Below are positions 19,192 through 29,742 of a DNA stretch of 64,000 nt, piece by piece (positions within the stretch are counted from its first letter, which is position 1; each line of letters opens with the position of its first letter). A program made the translations under genes and the position numbers. Origin of the DNA: a virus (Duplodnaviria > Caudoviricetes); IMG/VR virus record IMGVR_UViG_2884152688_000003, positions 32,001-96,000 of that record; one strand, 5' to 3'. A model generated the notes under the pieces. That model was not told the origin of the DNA, ran no database searches, and saw only the letters and a program-made list of their open reading frames with translations.

Positions 19192-19803
19192 ATGACGAAA
19201 ACTGAAGATATTTACGAAATTTTTCTTTCTCAAATTGATGATGAATTATTTGCGATGTTAAGCCCAAATACTATGAGAAAACAATTGCATAATTACCTTG
19301 TTGGTGCGACAGCCAAGTTCAAAAAATGCAAAAAAGATCTTACTATTTTAGATTACAAGAATAAAAAAATAACTATTGACACAGATTTTCTTGACTTTGA
19401 TAAAGACGAAGTTAAAGAGTCTTTTATAAATGTTTTTGGTGAAGAAACAGGAATAGAATATAAAAAAGGAATAGATTGGGTAATGGAAGGTGAAAACAGA
19501 ATCATCTTTGAAATACCCCCACAAGAACCTGTATCAGTAGTGTTTTACAATGATGGATATTTTGAAGATACTTTAAGCAATGAAGAAGTCTTTATATTAG
19601 TAAAAGGGATGATAATCTATTGGTTGCAGCCAAAGGTTAATCGTGAAGAAAATCTAAAGAACATGGTGACAGATGGTGATTATAAAAAGCTATCTGGAGC
19701 TAATATGTTAGATAAAATGATTAAATTATATAAGACTACTTTAAGAGAATTTGAACTTGCTGTTATAAATTATACTTATAATGATTTTAAAGGATTCAAC
19801 TAA
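19192..19803 (+). CDS. Probable head-tail adaptor
   Basis: MTKTEDIYEIFLSQIDD N-terminus and synteny. Confidence 0.55.
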   Translation: MTKTEDIYEIFLSQIDDELFAMLSPNTMRKQLHNYLVGATAKFKKCKKDLTILDYKNKKITIDTDFLDFDKDEVKESFINVFGEETGIEYKKGIDWVMEGENRIIFEIPPQEPVSVVFYNDGYFEDTLSNEEVFILVKGMIIYWLQPKVNREENLKNMVTDGDYKKLSGANMLDKMIKLYKTTLREFELAVINYTYNDFKGFN

Positions 19804-19805
19804 TA

Positions 19806-20806
19806 TGTCAGATTTTTTAAATGAATATAGATCAAGAGTCGCAAACAAGGCAAAAAACGCAAAAGAAGTTGAAAAAAAAAGGGCTGAACAAGCATTTAAA
19901 TCTTATCTCGATAACACTCCTACTTCTCAAAAAGTACAAATAACAGATGTTGATGAACCATTTATCTCAAAGAAAACTAAGAAGGTTTTAGCCGCAATCA
20001 CAGATGTGACAAATAATGATAAATCTGTTCTTGATGAAAAAAATTTATTTGTAGAGCGAAATGTGAATATGGATGTCGGATGTTATGTTAAATTTGATAA
20101 TCAAACATGGTTAATTATCTTCGAGGAACATCAGCCACTTGGTGTTAAAAAACAATATATAATGAAAAAATGCAATAACTATATTACTTTGAAATATAGA
20201 GGCAATTTAGTTCAGATACCAGTGTCTATAGAAAACTTAACAATGTATTCAGATGGTATAGCTGATGATGTATATATGTCTTATATGGATTCAAAAAAGC
20301 AGATAGGATATGGAAATAACTATATAACAAGAACAATAGGTGAGGGTTTCAGAATCCTATTAACCCATGAAACAGCTTATAAAGTAACCCACATAAATGA
20401 TTTTGAATACAAGGGACTTATAAAATCTTTAGTTCTACAAACACAAATCTTGGTTGGTGATGAAACAGACATCTTCTTAGCTAATAATATTGGTTATTTT
20501 AATAATCTTTCCCCGGAAAAAAGAGTAGAAGAACCCAAAGACATAAAAGGGGAAATACTTGGTGAAAATAAATTGCTTTTAGGTGAAGAATCAGAATTTA
20601 TCTTTGAAACAAAAAACAAAGAACATGAATTTGAATGGATATTAGAAGAAGATTATATTTTTAATATAATAGAAAATAATGGAAACAAGGTTACTGTGGT
20701 GGCGACTACCAACCCAAAATATATAGGTAAAAAAGCAGTCCTAAAAATAAAAGAAAAAAAGACTGAAGAAATAATAGACAAAATAGAACTGATTTTGAGG
20801 GGGTAG
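19806..20806 (+). CDS. Probable head-closure/neck protein with C-terminal Ig-like domain
   Basis: Synteny and a beta-rich C-terminus. The start is approximate (ORF track gives 19781). Confidence 0.5.
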
Positions 20807-20810
20807 TAAA

Positions 20811-21335
20811 ATGGCACAAATAGGATATATGAATAGAATGGTAACTGAGGTTTACAATGTTTTAATTCAAGATGATTTAATTTCTAAATTCATGCATTAT
20901 TATAAAGAAAAAGATATAGACATTCCATCTCAACCAAAGGTAAAGAATCCAGTGGGTGCTTTAAAAAAACAGTTTTTTAAAAATAGAAGAATAGAAACTT
21001 TGCAAAGGGATGCGAATGTAAATATAACTATAAATATATCTAGAAAGACAAACTGGCAAGATGGCACATCTAAATGGCATGGAAAGAATTCTTTTGAAAA
21101 TATTCTTGAAATAGGGGTTTCTTGCCACAATGACTGTGACAGAACTTTAAATGGCTCAAGAACATATGCATTAATTGATTTGATAGTTAAAAAGCTATCG
21201 GGAAACTCTATAGATTCTTTAGGTGAAGTTAGGTTCATAGAAACAATAGGAATTAGAGACTTAAATCAAGAATACTCTGGATACCTTACATACTTCAGTG
21301 TATATGGGATGAAAGACGAGGGATTTGATGATTGA
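20811..21335 (+). CDS. Probable tail terminator protein
   Basis: Synteny and size. Confidence 0.45.
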   Translation: MAQIGYMNRMVTEVYNVLIQDDLISKFMHYYKEKDIDIPSQPKVKNPVGALKKQFFKNRRIETLQRDANVNITINISRKTNWQDGTSKWHGKNSFENILEIGVSCHNDCDRTLNGSRTYALIDLIVKKLSGNSIDSLGEVRFIETIGIRDLNQEYSGYLTYFSVYGMKDEGFDD

Positions 21336-22209
21336 GAGTAAATTAATGACTGGACAAGATATAGACTTGTCTCAATATGGATTAGGAGTCATAAAACAGC
21401 CAAGCTTAAAAGAACTATTAGAATTGCCAATCAAAGAATCTGATATAACATCTACTTTCATAATGATTGAAACTTTCTACGAAAAAATGACTGGGTTATC
21501 ACCGAGTGCAGACTTATATAAATTAGATTGTTTGAGTATGGTAAATGAAGCTGTGGCTCAAATGGATTCAGAGGAATACAAAAGAGAAGTCCAAACAAGG
21601 TATAATGATGTATTTTTTAAAAGAGAAATAAGGTACACTTTTTTAGAAAAATTATTCTTGCTACTAAGTTGTTTTTTTGATTGCAATATAAAGGACATAG
21701 ATATCAAAGAAGATCCTTTTGAGGACAGAAAAGATTTCAAGGGAATAGTTATCCTAATAAATAAAGGGGACTCTGAAGATGATAAAATTCTTATAGATAA
21801 AGAAAATTTCAACATACTTTTAAAGGTTATTTTTAAAATATTAGATATAGATATCAAGTCTATACTAAGTAGAACAGAAGAAGATGATGAGTGGGTAGAA
21901 AACAATGGGAGTGCAAAAGAAAGAAAATATATAGAAATATTTAAAAGAAAAGAGCGAGAAAGAAAGAAAAAAGAAGTATTACATATATGTGATTATATCA
22001 ATGTTGTAGTAAATGATTCAGGTAGAGATTATAAAGAAGTAGCCAATTGGACGTATTACCAATTGATTAATACGTTTAAAGCTAGTTTCTTGAAAGATAG
22101 ACATGATATGGATGTTAAGATGTTTACTTCTGGGAATTACAAGATAGATCCAAAGGAAATGTTGGATTGGAAAAAAGAAATTAAGATAAATATAGATGAG
22201 ACAATTTAG
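21325..22209 (+). CDS. Tail-module protein (possible assembly chaperone)
   Basis: Acidic ORF ending in the WTYYQL motif, adjacent to the tail tube gene. Confidence 0.45.
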   Translation: MMIESKLMTGQDIDLSQYGLGVIKQPSLKELLELPIKESDITSTFIMIETFYEKMTGLSPSADLYKLDCLSMVNEAVAQMDSEEYKREVQTRYNDVFFKREIRYTFLEKLFLLLSCFFDCNIKDIDIKEDPFEDRKDFKGIVILINKGDSEDDKILIDKENFNILLKVIFKILDIDIKSILSRTEEDDEWVENNGSAKERKYIEIFKRKERERKKKEVLHICDYINVVVNDSGRDYKEVANWTYYQLINTFKASFLKDRHDMDVKMFTSGNYKIDPKEMLDWKKEIKINIDETI

Positions 22210-22256
22210 TCTTGTCTTTTTTTATATAAAAATAATGAAGGATAGGTGATTAATTA

Positions 22257-23066
22257 ATGGCATTCGCAATAAAAGACGCTGCCGATATGGGAGTATTTAA
22301 TAAAGAGACAGGAGTACCGTTGTTTTATACTGAAGCAGCGAACTCTTTTGAGTTAAAAATTGAATCAGAAGAAGTTTTTGCAAAGGCAAAAGGCGTAGAT
22401 ACAATAGGGTTTAACAGTGGTAAAAAAGTAAGTGGGAAAGCGGAGTTTGAAGTTATCCAGTTTCCACAGCTTTCTATAATTCTTGCAAGTGATGTTGCTG
22501 AAAAGAATAATTATGCAGTAGCAAAAAAACTTAAAGCAAAATTGGGAGCCGATAAGAAGGTAATACTAAAAGGAGAGTCTCCTTTAGAGGGTTCTATGAT
22601 GGCTATGCTACTAAAAGATGATGGTGCCGAACTAGGAGAAAAAGTTGAGGTAACTGTTACAAAAGTAGGTGATGATACAGAAGTTGTGTTCCCAGATACT
22701 GTAAAAGAGGGTCAGTTTGTAATACTTTTTTATCAGAATGTAGCACAAAAAGTGAAGGTAATAAAGGTTACTTCAGAAGGAGATACACCAAACCTTAGAA
22801 TTGAAGCAATAGTTTCAGCTAAAATGCAGAATGGTAAAAAGATGGCTTTAAATCTAGTTATAAATAATGCGAGAGCAAAGAATAATGCAGAACTTACATT
22901 CTCTACAGAGAATCCATCTAAGTTCCCAATGGAATTTGACTGTTTCCCAGATGAATTAGGAGAAATTTTTGAATTGACATTTATTGAAGATGATGGAACA
23001 ACAGATTTAGAAGAAAAGGTGAAAAACCTAGATCCTTCTATAAAACTTGATAATGAAGCTGCTTAG
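22257..23066 (+). CDS. Major tail (tube) protein
   Basis: MAFAIKDAAD... and ELTFSTENPSKFPMEFDC pattern, flanked by terminator-like hairpins. Confidence 0.65.
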   Translation: MAFAIKDAADMGVFNKETGVPLFYTEAANSFELKIESEEVFAKAKGVDTIGFNSGKKVSGKAEFEVIQFPQLSIILASDVAEKNNYAVAKKLKAKLGADKKVILKGESPLEGSMMAMLLKDDGAELGEKVEVTVTKVGDDTEVVFPDTVKEGQFVILFYQNVAQKVKVIKVTSEGDTPNLRIEAIVSAKMQNGKKMALNLVINNARAKNNAELTFSTENPSKFPMEFDCFPDELGEIFELTFIEDDGTTDLEEKVKNLDPSIKLDNEAA

Positions 23067-23076
23067 TATTGATATA

Positions 23077-23105
23077 CCCCACCAATTGGTGGGGTTATTT
23101 TTTTT
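23077..23105 (+). terminator. Intrinsic terminator
   Basis: ACCCCACC-aatt-GGTGGGGT followed by a T tract. Confidence 0.8.
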
Positions 23106-23185
23106 AAGTCAATTTAAAATTTTATTTAAATTCAATAAGATTTATTGGCTTTAAATATTTTTTTAAAAGAAAGGAGACAATAAAA

Positions 23186-23962
23186 TTGGTCTTTCATTCG
23201 GACAGATTTATATTCGATGGAGTCAATTCGGAGAGCATAGGGATAATGTTAGTGACTGTCGGTGAAAATGACGTGCTAATGGACTATGGGATTCCATTTG
23301 AATACAAGTTAAAAGTAGAAAGTAGTTTTGGAGATAATCCTTTTTATACCAAAGAGGAGTCTCCACCAGAACCAATCACTTTAGATTTTTGCTTAACAGA
23401 GAATAGACAAGCAATAAAGTGGAGTGATGAGTTGGAAAAAGAAATAATTAACTGGTTAACACAAGATAAATTTTGTGAATTCATTTCTTATGATAATCCA
23501 GAATTAGTTTACTATTTTAGAGCAACAAAGGTTACAAAGAAAATGACACATCAAAAAAAAGGTATTTTATCAGTAACCTTTCAACCATATTACAAACATC
23601 CAGTGAAAAAGATAAGAAAAGATTTGTTGGTCGAGGGAGAAAGATTTACAAATATAAACAATGAGTGTATTTCAAGAGAATATGTATATCCAATGCTAGA
23701 AATTGAGGCAAACGCAAGTGGAAACGTAGAAATTTTAAATGAATCAATAGAAGATTCTGAACCTCTTGTAGTAAAAGGGCTAGAGGACGGAGAAAAAATA
23801 TTTATCGACAATCAACTGTTTATAGTAATAGATGAAAATGATGAAAATAAGTTCCATAAAGTAAACAGACATTGGTTGAAACTAAAAAAGGGAACAAACA
23901 AAATAAAAATCAACGGAAATGTAAATATAAAAATTAAATGTAATTTAGAGATAAAGATATAA
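23186..23962 (+). CDS. Distal tail (Dit-like) protein
   Basis: FIFDGVNSESIGI N-terminus and WLKLKKGTNKIKING C-terminus are characteristic of Dit proteins. Confidence 0.75.
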   Translation: MVFHSDRFIFDGVNSESIGIMLVTVGENDVLMDYGIPFEYKLKVESSFGDNPFYTKEESPPEPITLDFCLTENRQAIKWSDELEKEIINWLTQDKFCEFISYDNPELVYYFRATKVTKKMTHQKKGILSVTFQPYYKHPVKKIRKDLLVEGERFTNINNECISREYVYPMLEIEANASGNVEILNESIEDSEPLVVKGLEDGEKIFIDNQLFIVIDENDENKFHKVNRHWLKLKKGTNKIKINGNVNIKIKCNLEIKI

Positions 23963-23972
23963 GGAGAAAATT

Positions 23973-24425
23973 ATGAGAACAATAAAATTAAGTGAACTGC
24001 CTAAGAAGGAAAAATATAGAGATATAATTTCGGTTACTATGGATGACGGTGAAATAGATTATATATACGTTTTGAATCCAACAGGCGAAATAGAAAAAGA
24101 ACTTTTAGAGGTATGCTCTGAGGTTATATTTGAAAAATGTGAACTTGACGATTCTGAATTGATGAAATTATTCATAGAAAAACTTACAAATATAGAAGTT
24201 GAATACGGATTTCAGGAAGTTCCAGAGTCCGATGCTTTAGCAAGAGTATATACTACACTAAAAACTATTTACTTTGAAATGATAGATTTTTGCTACAGAT
24301 TTTATATTTGCGAAGAATCAGCAATGAAGGCAGAAGAAAGTAGAGAAAAATTATTAAAAGAAATCAGTGCGAAAGAAGAAAAAGAAGATAAAGAAATTAT
24401 AAACGCCATAAAAGAAGATAAATAG
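23973..24425 (+). CDS. Probable tail assembly chaperone
   Basis: Acidic 150-aa ORF upstream of the tape measure gene. Confidence 0.4.
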   Translation: MRTIKLSELPKKEKYRDIISVTMDDGEIDYIYVLNPTGEIEKELLEVCSEVIFEKCELDDSELMKLFIEKLTNIEVEYGFQEVPESDALARVYTTLKTIYFEMIDFCYRFYICEESAMKAEESREKLLKEISAKEEKEDKEIINAIKEDK

Positions 24426-24440
24426 TTATGAGGTGAAAAT

Positions 24441-24754
24441 ATGGTCTTTGGATCGATTGAAGAGTGTGAAGCTTATATAAAGAGTTGTATGACACAAACA
24501 ACCCCAGTTATGGCACAAAAAACTCAAGAAGAAGGAAAGAACATAATATCCGGACAGGTTGGTGGAATAACAGGAAGTTTGGCAAATTCAGTGTTTATAT
24601 TGGGAACATCAGCAAATTCAATGGAGGTAGGAATAGAGGATAGAGGTGGTGGAAATGATTATTCATGGACATCACAGGTTTATAGAACTCATTTCTTTCC
24701 GATGTACGGATTAGAGAAAGGCCACACATGGAATAGAGGTGCCACAACAATTAT
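24441..24754 (+). CDS. Tail-module protein (tail completion/HK97 gp10-like), exon 1
   Basis: Joins in frame to 26910-26994 after removal of IStron 1, giving 132 aa (...RGATTI-M-ITWESW...). Confidence 0.8.
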
Positions 24755-24814
24755 AGGTTTTTCAAGCGAGAAAACCCACGATTTTAATCGTGTGGATGAA
24801 AGCTTGTCAAATAC

Positions 24815-25210
24815 ACTGTAAGCATATAGAGAAATCTGTATGTAGTGAATACATAAAACTCATGTATTCCAATTAAGAAACTGAATTGCTGGAAATTCGT
24901 AAAGCTAACTTAACTACAACGCAAAGATAATACAAAACTTAAACGTGAATGTGGCGAGAGCAGAAAAAATAAGTTAGATGGCATAAGGTTAAACCCTAAG
25001 TGCTTTAAAATTGAAAATCAGCATCCAAGCCTAGAAATAGGAAGGTTCAACGACTATTCCTCTTGAGGGAAGTACATCACAAGCCATTGGTGATGGAAGT
25101 GGTTTCGCCTTAGCACGTAATGGTGAAGGATAAGATATAGTCTGTGCTTGCACGAAAGTGTAAGAAGTTCATAAGAGAACTGTATAGATAGTAGCGAATC
25201 TATATGAACA
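24815..25210 (+). ncRNA. Group I intron ribozyme core of IStron 1
   Basis: P AATTGCTGGAAA, Q AATCAGCA, R GTTCAACGACTA and S AAGATATAGTCT in the correct order. Confidence 0.92.
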
Positions 25211-25299
25211 AACTTCACACAAAAAAAAGAAAGTATAATAGTTTTAATATTGTGTATAAAACTATTGATTTCGTACACTAAATAGCATATAATAAAATT

Positions 25300-25701
25300 A
25301 TGAATAATGAATACAGAGACTCAAAAACAACTGTTTCGTTAATCAATTATCATTTTGTTTTTTGTCCAAGATATCGAAGGAAAATATTTGAAGATTCCAA
25401 AGTAGATATTAGATTTAAATCAGTCATTCAAGAAATATGTATTGAGAATGATTGGGATATTATTGCAATAGAGACAGATAAAGAGCATTGCCATTTATTC
25501 ATAAATGTACAACCTATATATTCTCCTTCTGAAATAATGAAGATAATAAAAGGTATTACATCACGAAAATTAAGGCAAGAATTTGAACATTTAAGCAAAA
25601 TGCCAAGTGTTTGGACAAGGTCATTTTTTGTTTCAACTGCTGGTGATGTATCTAGTAAAATAATTAAAAGATATGTTGAAAATCAAAGAACAAGATACTG
25701 A
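25300..25701 (+). CDS. tnpA: IS200-type Y1 HUH transposase
   Basis: YHFVFCPRYRR, HUH motif EHCH, catalytic Tyr in KRYVENQ. Confidence 0.95.
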   Translation: MNNEYRDSKTTVSLINYHFVFCPRYRRKIFEDSKVDIRFKSVIQEICIENDWDIIAIETDKEHCHLFINVQPIYSPSEIMKIIKGITSRKLRQEFEHLSKMPSVWTRSFFVSTAGDVSSKIIKRYVENQRTRY

Positions 25702-25725
25702 TTATACGTTAAGGAGGTGACAGAA

Positions 25726-26844
25726 ATGAAAAAGGCACATAAGATACGTATTTACCCAAATACTAAACAACAGATACAATTTCAAAAAACATTTGGATGC
25801 GTAAGATTTTACTGGAATTTTATTTTAAACCAAACTCAAACAAATTATAAAATGAAACAAGAAGATGAAATGTATTTAGAAGACAAGACAACATATGCAA
25901 TTCTTAAAAAACAAGAAGAATATTCATGGTTAAAAGAAGTTGAAGCTCAACCATTAAGCCAAGTGACTATGGATTTAAGAAAAGCATACAAAAATACATT
26001 TAAATCTAAGTTTGGGCTCCCTAAATTCAAGAGTAAAAAATACTCTAAAAAATCTTATAGGACAGCAGCTGGAATGAAGGTGAATGAAAACTACTGTTAT
26101 ATATCTAGAGTTGGGTGGGTAAAAATGGCGGAGAAGTTACGATTTAAAGGAAAATTAATGAATGTAACAATCAGTCAATCTAAATCTGGAAAATACTTTG
26201 CAGCATTCTTAGTAGAAACTGAAAATGTTGAACTAGAACCAGTCGAAAATAAAATTGGCTTAGATTTAGGTCTTTCTCATTTCTGTGTAGCTTCCACAGG
26301 AGAAAAAATAGATAACAAAAAATTCTATCATTCTCTTGAAAAGCGACTAATAATTGAACAAAGAAAACTTTCAAAACGTTTAGAGATAGCCAAAAAACAT
26401 AATCGTAAATTAGATGATTGTAAAAACTATCAAAAACAAAAAAAGAAAGTTGCTTTAATACATGAAAAGATATTCAATCAAAGAAATAATTTTTTACATC
26501 AAATTTCTTCAAGAATAACTGATGAAAACCAAGTCATTTGTATAGAAGATTTAAACGTAAAAAACATGATTAAAGATCATAAATTAGCGAAATCAATAGC
26601 CGATGTATCGTGGAGTGAATTCGTAAGACAATTAGAGTACAAGTCTAAATGGAAAGGAAGAAAACTTGTTAAGGTAGATAGATTCTTCCCTAGTTCTCAA
26701 ATTTGTTCTAAATGTGGACACAATGATGGCAAGAAAGAGTTAACCATAAGAGAATGGACTTGTTCTAATTGCAACACGAATCACGATAGAGATATCAATG
26801 CGAGCATAAATATTAAAACCGAAGGACTTTCGGGGTTAGCTTAG
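25726..26844 (+). CDS. tnpB: RNA-guided endonuclease TnpB
   Basis: GLDLG, IEDL and DRDINA catalytic motifs plus zinc finger. AAGGAGG RBS before ATG 25726. Confidence 0.95.
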   Translation: MKKAHKIRIYPNTKQQIQFQKTFGCVRFYWNFILNQTQTNYKMKQEDEMYLEDKTTYAILKKQEEYSWLKEVEAQPLSQVTMDLRKAYKNTFKSKFGLPKFKSKKYSKKSYRTAAGMKVNENYCYISRVGWVKMAEKLRFKGKLMNVTISQSKSGKYFAAFLVETENVELEPVENKIGLDLGLSHFCVASTGEKIDNKKFYHSLEKRLIIEQRKLSKRLEIAKKHNRKLDDCKNYQKQKKKVALIHEKIFNQRNNFLHQISSRITDENQVICIEDLNVKNMIKDHKLAKSIADVSWSEFVRQLEYKSKWKGRKLVKVDRFFPSSQICSKCGHNDGKKELTIREWTCSNCNTNHDRDINASINIKTEGLSGLA

Positions 26845-26909
26845 TAAATTTACTATCAATAGATGGTATTACCTAAGAACCCCACGATTTTAATCGTGTG
26901 GAGTGTCAG

Positions 26910-26994
26910 GATTACATGGGAATCATGGGCTTCTGGAAACTTAGATAAGATATTCTTAGAAACAATGAGTGGTCTAGGAGTACCTATAGGATAA
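26910..26994 (+). CDS. Tail-module protein, exon 2
   Basis: G-ATT ACA TGG ... GGA TAA continues the exon 1 frame and stops just before the tape measure RBS. Confidence 0.8.
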
Positions 26995-27009
26995 GGAAGG
27001 AGTGATTTT

Positions 27010-29169
27010 TTGGCTGAGTTTAGAATAAAAAGTACATTAGATCTCAGTACAGATGAAGCAAAGAGCAAAATGAAAGCTCTTGAAAATGAAAAGATTAAAG
27101 CTAAATTAGAACTAGATGCCGAAAGTAGTAAGAAAGCCCTTAACAGTTTAGATAAAGCGTCAAAGCAATCTCAACAGAATAGGGTCAAAGATGCAAAGAA
27201 GGCAGAAAATGAATTAGCTGGGATAGATAGAAAAAAGCTAAATGAATATAAAAGATTAGGGCAGGAAAAAGCTTCTTTAAGTAATAAGTTTGCTAAAGCT
27301 GAAAGCGATAATGCTAGAAAGAATTTAGATAAAAATATTAGAGATAGACAACGACAGATGTCTGGACTATACAAACAAATGTCTAGTGAACAGCAAAAAA
27401 TAGCAAAACAGATGGACACTCAAATGTTCGGTGCTAAATCAGGCAATGGCTTACTGAAGGCATTTGGACGAATAGATAAAGATGCTTTAAAGATAAAAAA
27501 TACTATCAGAAGTCTAGATGGGGATATAACTAAAACCTTAGGGAATAAGCTATCTAAACAAATGGATGGATTTTATAAAGGATTAGATAAAAAACCTGTC
27601 AATAACGCTACGTATGAAAACGCTAGAAGGACGATGAATAGTTATCAACAAAGTGCTAAAGCTTTGAAAGAAATTTCCTCTCTAGAAAAATCATATGGAA
27701 GTAGACAAACGGCTGTAAACAATAGACTGGGTGGTTTAAGTAATCTAGTAACGCAAAAAGCTGGGGCTGAACTAAATAAAAATTTAAGCCAATCTTTTTC
27801 ACAAATTAGAGGAAAAGATATAACTTCAACAGCTAGTAAAATGAAAGTTTTTGGAACTGAATTAAACAGGACAGCTACAGCAAGTAAACAATTACAAGGA
27901 TTAGATAAGACAATAAATAGATTGTCTGGATTAGAAAGTGGTTTAAAACCTAAAACTATTAATGGTCTTAGACAAGGGATAGTCGATTTATCTAAATCAC
28001 CTTCATTAGGAACAGCAAGTTTTGATTCCGAATTAAAAAAAGTAAATACGCAAATGACAGTAGCGAGCCGATATCAAGGCCGAATGGCAAAACTTAAAGA
28101 TGATTTTAAGATGTCCATGTTCGGAACCTCAATGGGATATTTGGCTGGCTCTTTTTTACGTTCTCAAGTAACTGGAGCAATCCAAACTTTTAAAGATTTA
28201 GATGCTTCAATGACAGATATAAAGAAGGTAGCAAATCCTAGAGATGTAGCGACAGAATCTCAAACAAAAGCTATTAGAAAACAAGCTATCCAAATAGCGA
28301 AAGATGTTGGGATGGCTTCATCTGATGTCCAATCATCAATAGCTACAGCATTACAATCTGGTATGGGCGGTATGAAAGAGTCTATGGCAGTTGCAAGAAA
28401 ATCTATGATATTAGCTAACGTTGGTGATATGGATAAAGTTGAGGCAACAAAAGCTGTCAATACCATAGTTAAATCTTTCAACTTAGACCCTTTAGGGAAA
28501 CAAAGAGTTAACGTAAAGGGAATGTCAAAAGAAACAACACAATTAGCTAATGCAATGGACTTGCTTAACTATGCAGGTAATAATTATGCTATATCTTCAG
28601 CAGGTGTAGCCGAGGCATTACAGCGTGGTGGTGGAGTTATGAAAGCATATGGAATGAACTTAGCCGATTCTGTTGCAATGATTACAGCCACAAATGAACC
28701 AATACAGAATCCAGAAAAAGTTGGTAATGGTTTAAAATCTATTGCTATTAATATGGCTGGTATTACAACCAGTGCCAAAGATGGGACACTCCATGCGAAT
28801 AAAACAGCTAAGGCACTTCAAGAAATTGCTGGCGTTGATATATATAAAGATAAGGCAAAAGGATCTCTTAAATCCCAAGTTGAACTTTTAGATGAAGTTC
28901 AGAAAAAATGGGGTGGATTAAACGATGCTCAAAGAGCCGGTCTATCTGAGTCTATAGCAGGTAAACATAGAGCGGATATATTCCAAGCTTTAATGGGGAA
29001 TTACGAAACATTTAAGAAACTTCGTAATGAGTTTAGCCAAGGAGACCACTTTGGTTCAGCTGAAGCCGAAAACGAAAAATATGTAAACTCATTAGCTGGT
29101 AAGACAAACAAGCTAAAAGAGACCATGACTTCCATAGGAACTGGTCTTATAAATGGGAAGGCTGTTTAT
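27010..29169 (+). CDS. Tape measure protein, exon 1
   Basis: TP901-type core (DLDASMTDIKKV, NYAGNNYAIS, VGNGLKSI), ending at ...GKAVY immediately before IStron 2. Confidence 0.92.
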
Positions 29170-29239
29170 TAGGAACGTAGTGATATAAACGAGAATCCTC
29201 GTGATTTTAATCATGAGATGAATCGTAAAATAGATACGT

Positions 29240-29630
29240 AAATAGTAAGCATATAGAGAAATCTGTATGTAGAGGTGAGAGAAATTCATCCAATACTACT
29301 TGAATTGCTGGAAACCCCTAAAGCTAGTAAAACTACAACATAGAGATGAAATATACTCAAGTGTGAATGTTGCGAAAGCAGAAAAAAATTACTAGATAAC
29401 ATAAGGTTAAATCCTAAGTGTTCTACAATAATGGGCAATCAGCAGGTAAGCTCCGAATAGGAGAAACTTCAACGACTATTCCTCTTGAGGGAAGTACACA
29501 CAAGCGTGTGGAAGTGGGTAGACCTTAACACGTAATGGTGAAGGATAAGATATAGTCTGTGCTTGCACGAAAGTGTAAGAAGTTCATAAGAGAACTGTAT
29601 AGATAGTAGCGAATCTATATGAACGAGACC
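29240..29630 (+). ncRNA. Group I intron ribozyme core of IStron 2
   Basis: P AATTGCTGGAAA, Q AATCAGCAG, R TTCAACGACTA, S AAGATATAGTCT. Confidence 0.92.
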
Positions 29631-29742
29631 TCAAAAATGATAAAGTACAAGGTTCAAGGCATTAGTCCAGAAAACTTTTACAAAAATATGGGCTTATTCA
29701 GTAAAATGCGGTACAATTGCCTTATAGAAAAGAGGTGAGAAA

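Larger units (their letters stand above)
24755..26909 (+). mobile_element. IStron 1: group I intron + IS605 (tnpA+tnpB)
   Basis: Inserted after TTAT and ends in TCAG. Matching subterminal hairpins CCCACGATTTTAATCGTGTGG at both ends. Group I core followed by tnpA and tnpB. Confidence 0.93.

Noticed and set aside
24755-24821. C-terminus GFSSEKTHDFNRVDESLSNTL of the 126-aa ORF
   Set aside because: It is read-through into the IStron left-end hairpin, not host gene sequence.
29170-29172. Stop-codon reassignment or a tape measure pseudogene
   Set aside because: The TAG is the first triplet of the intron, precise removal restores the frame, and other genes end normally at TAG.
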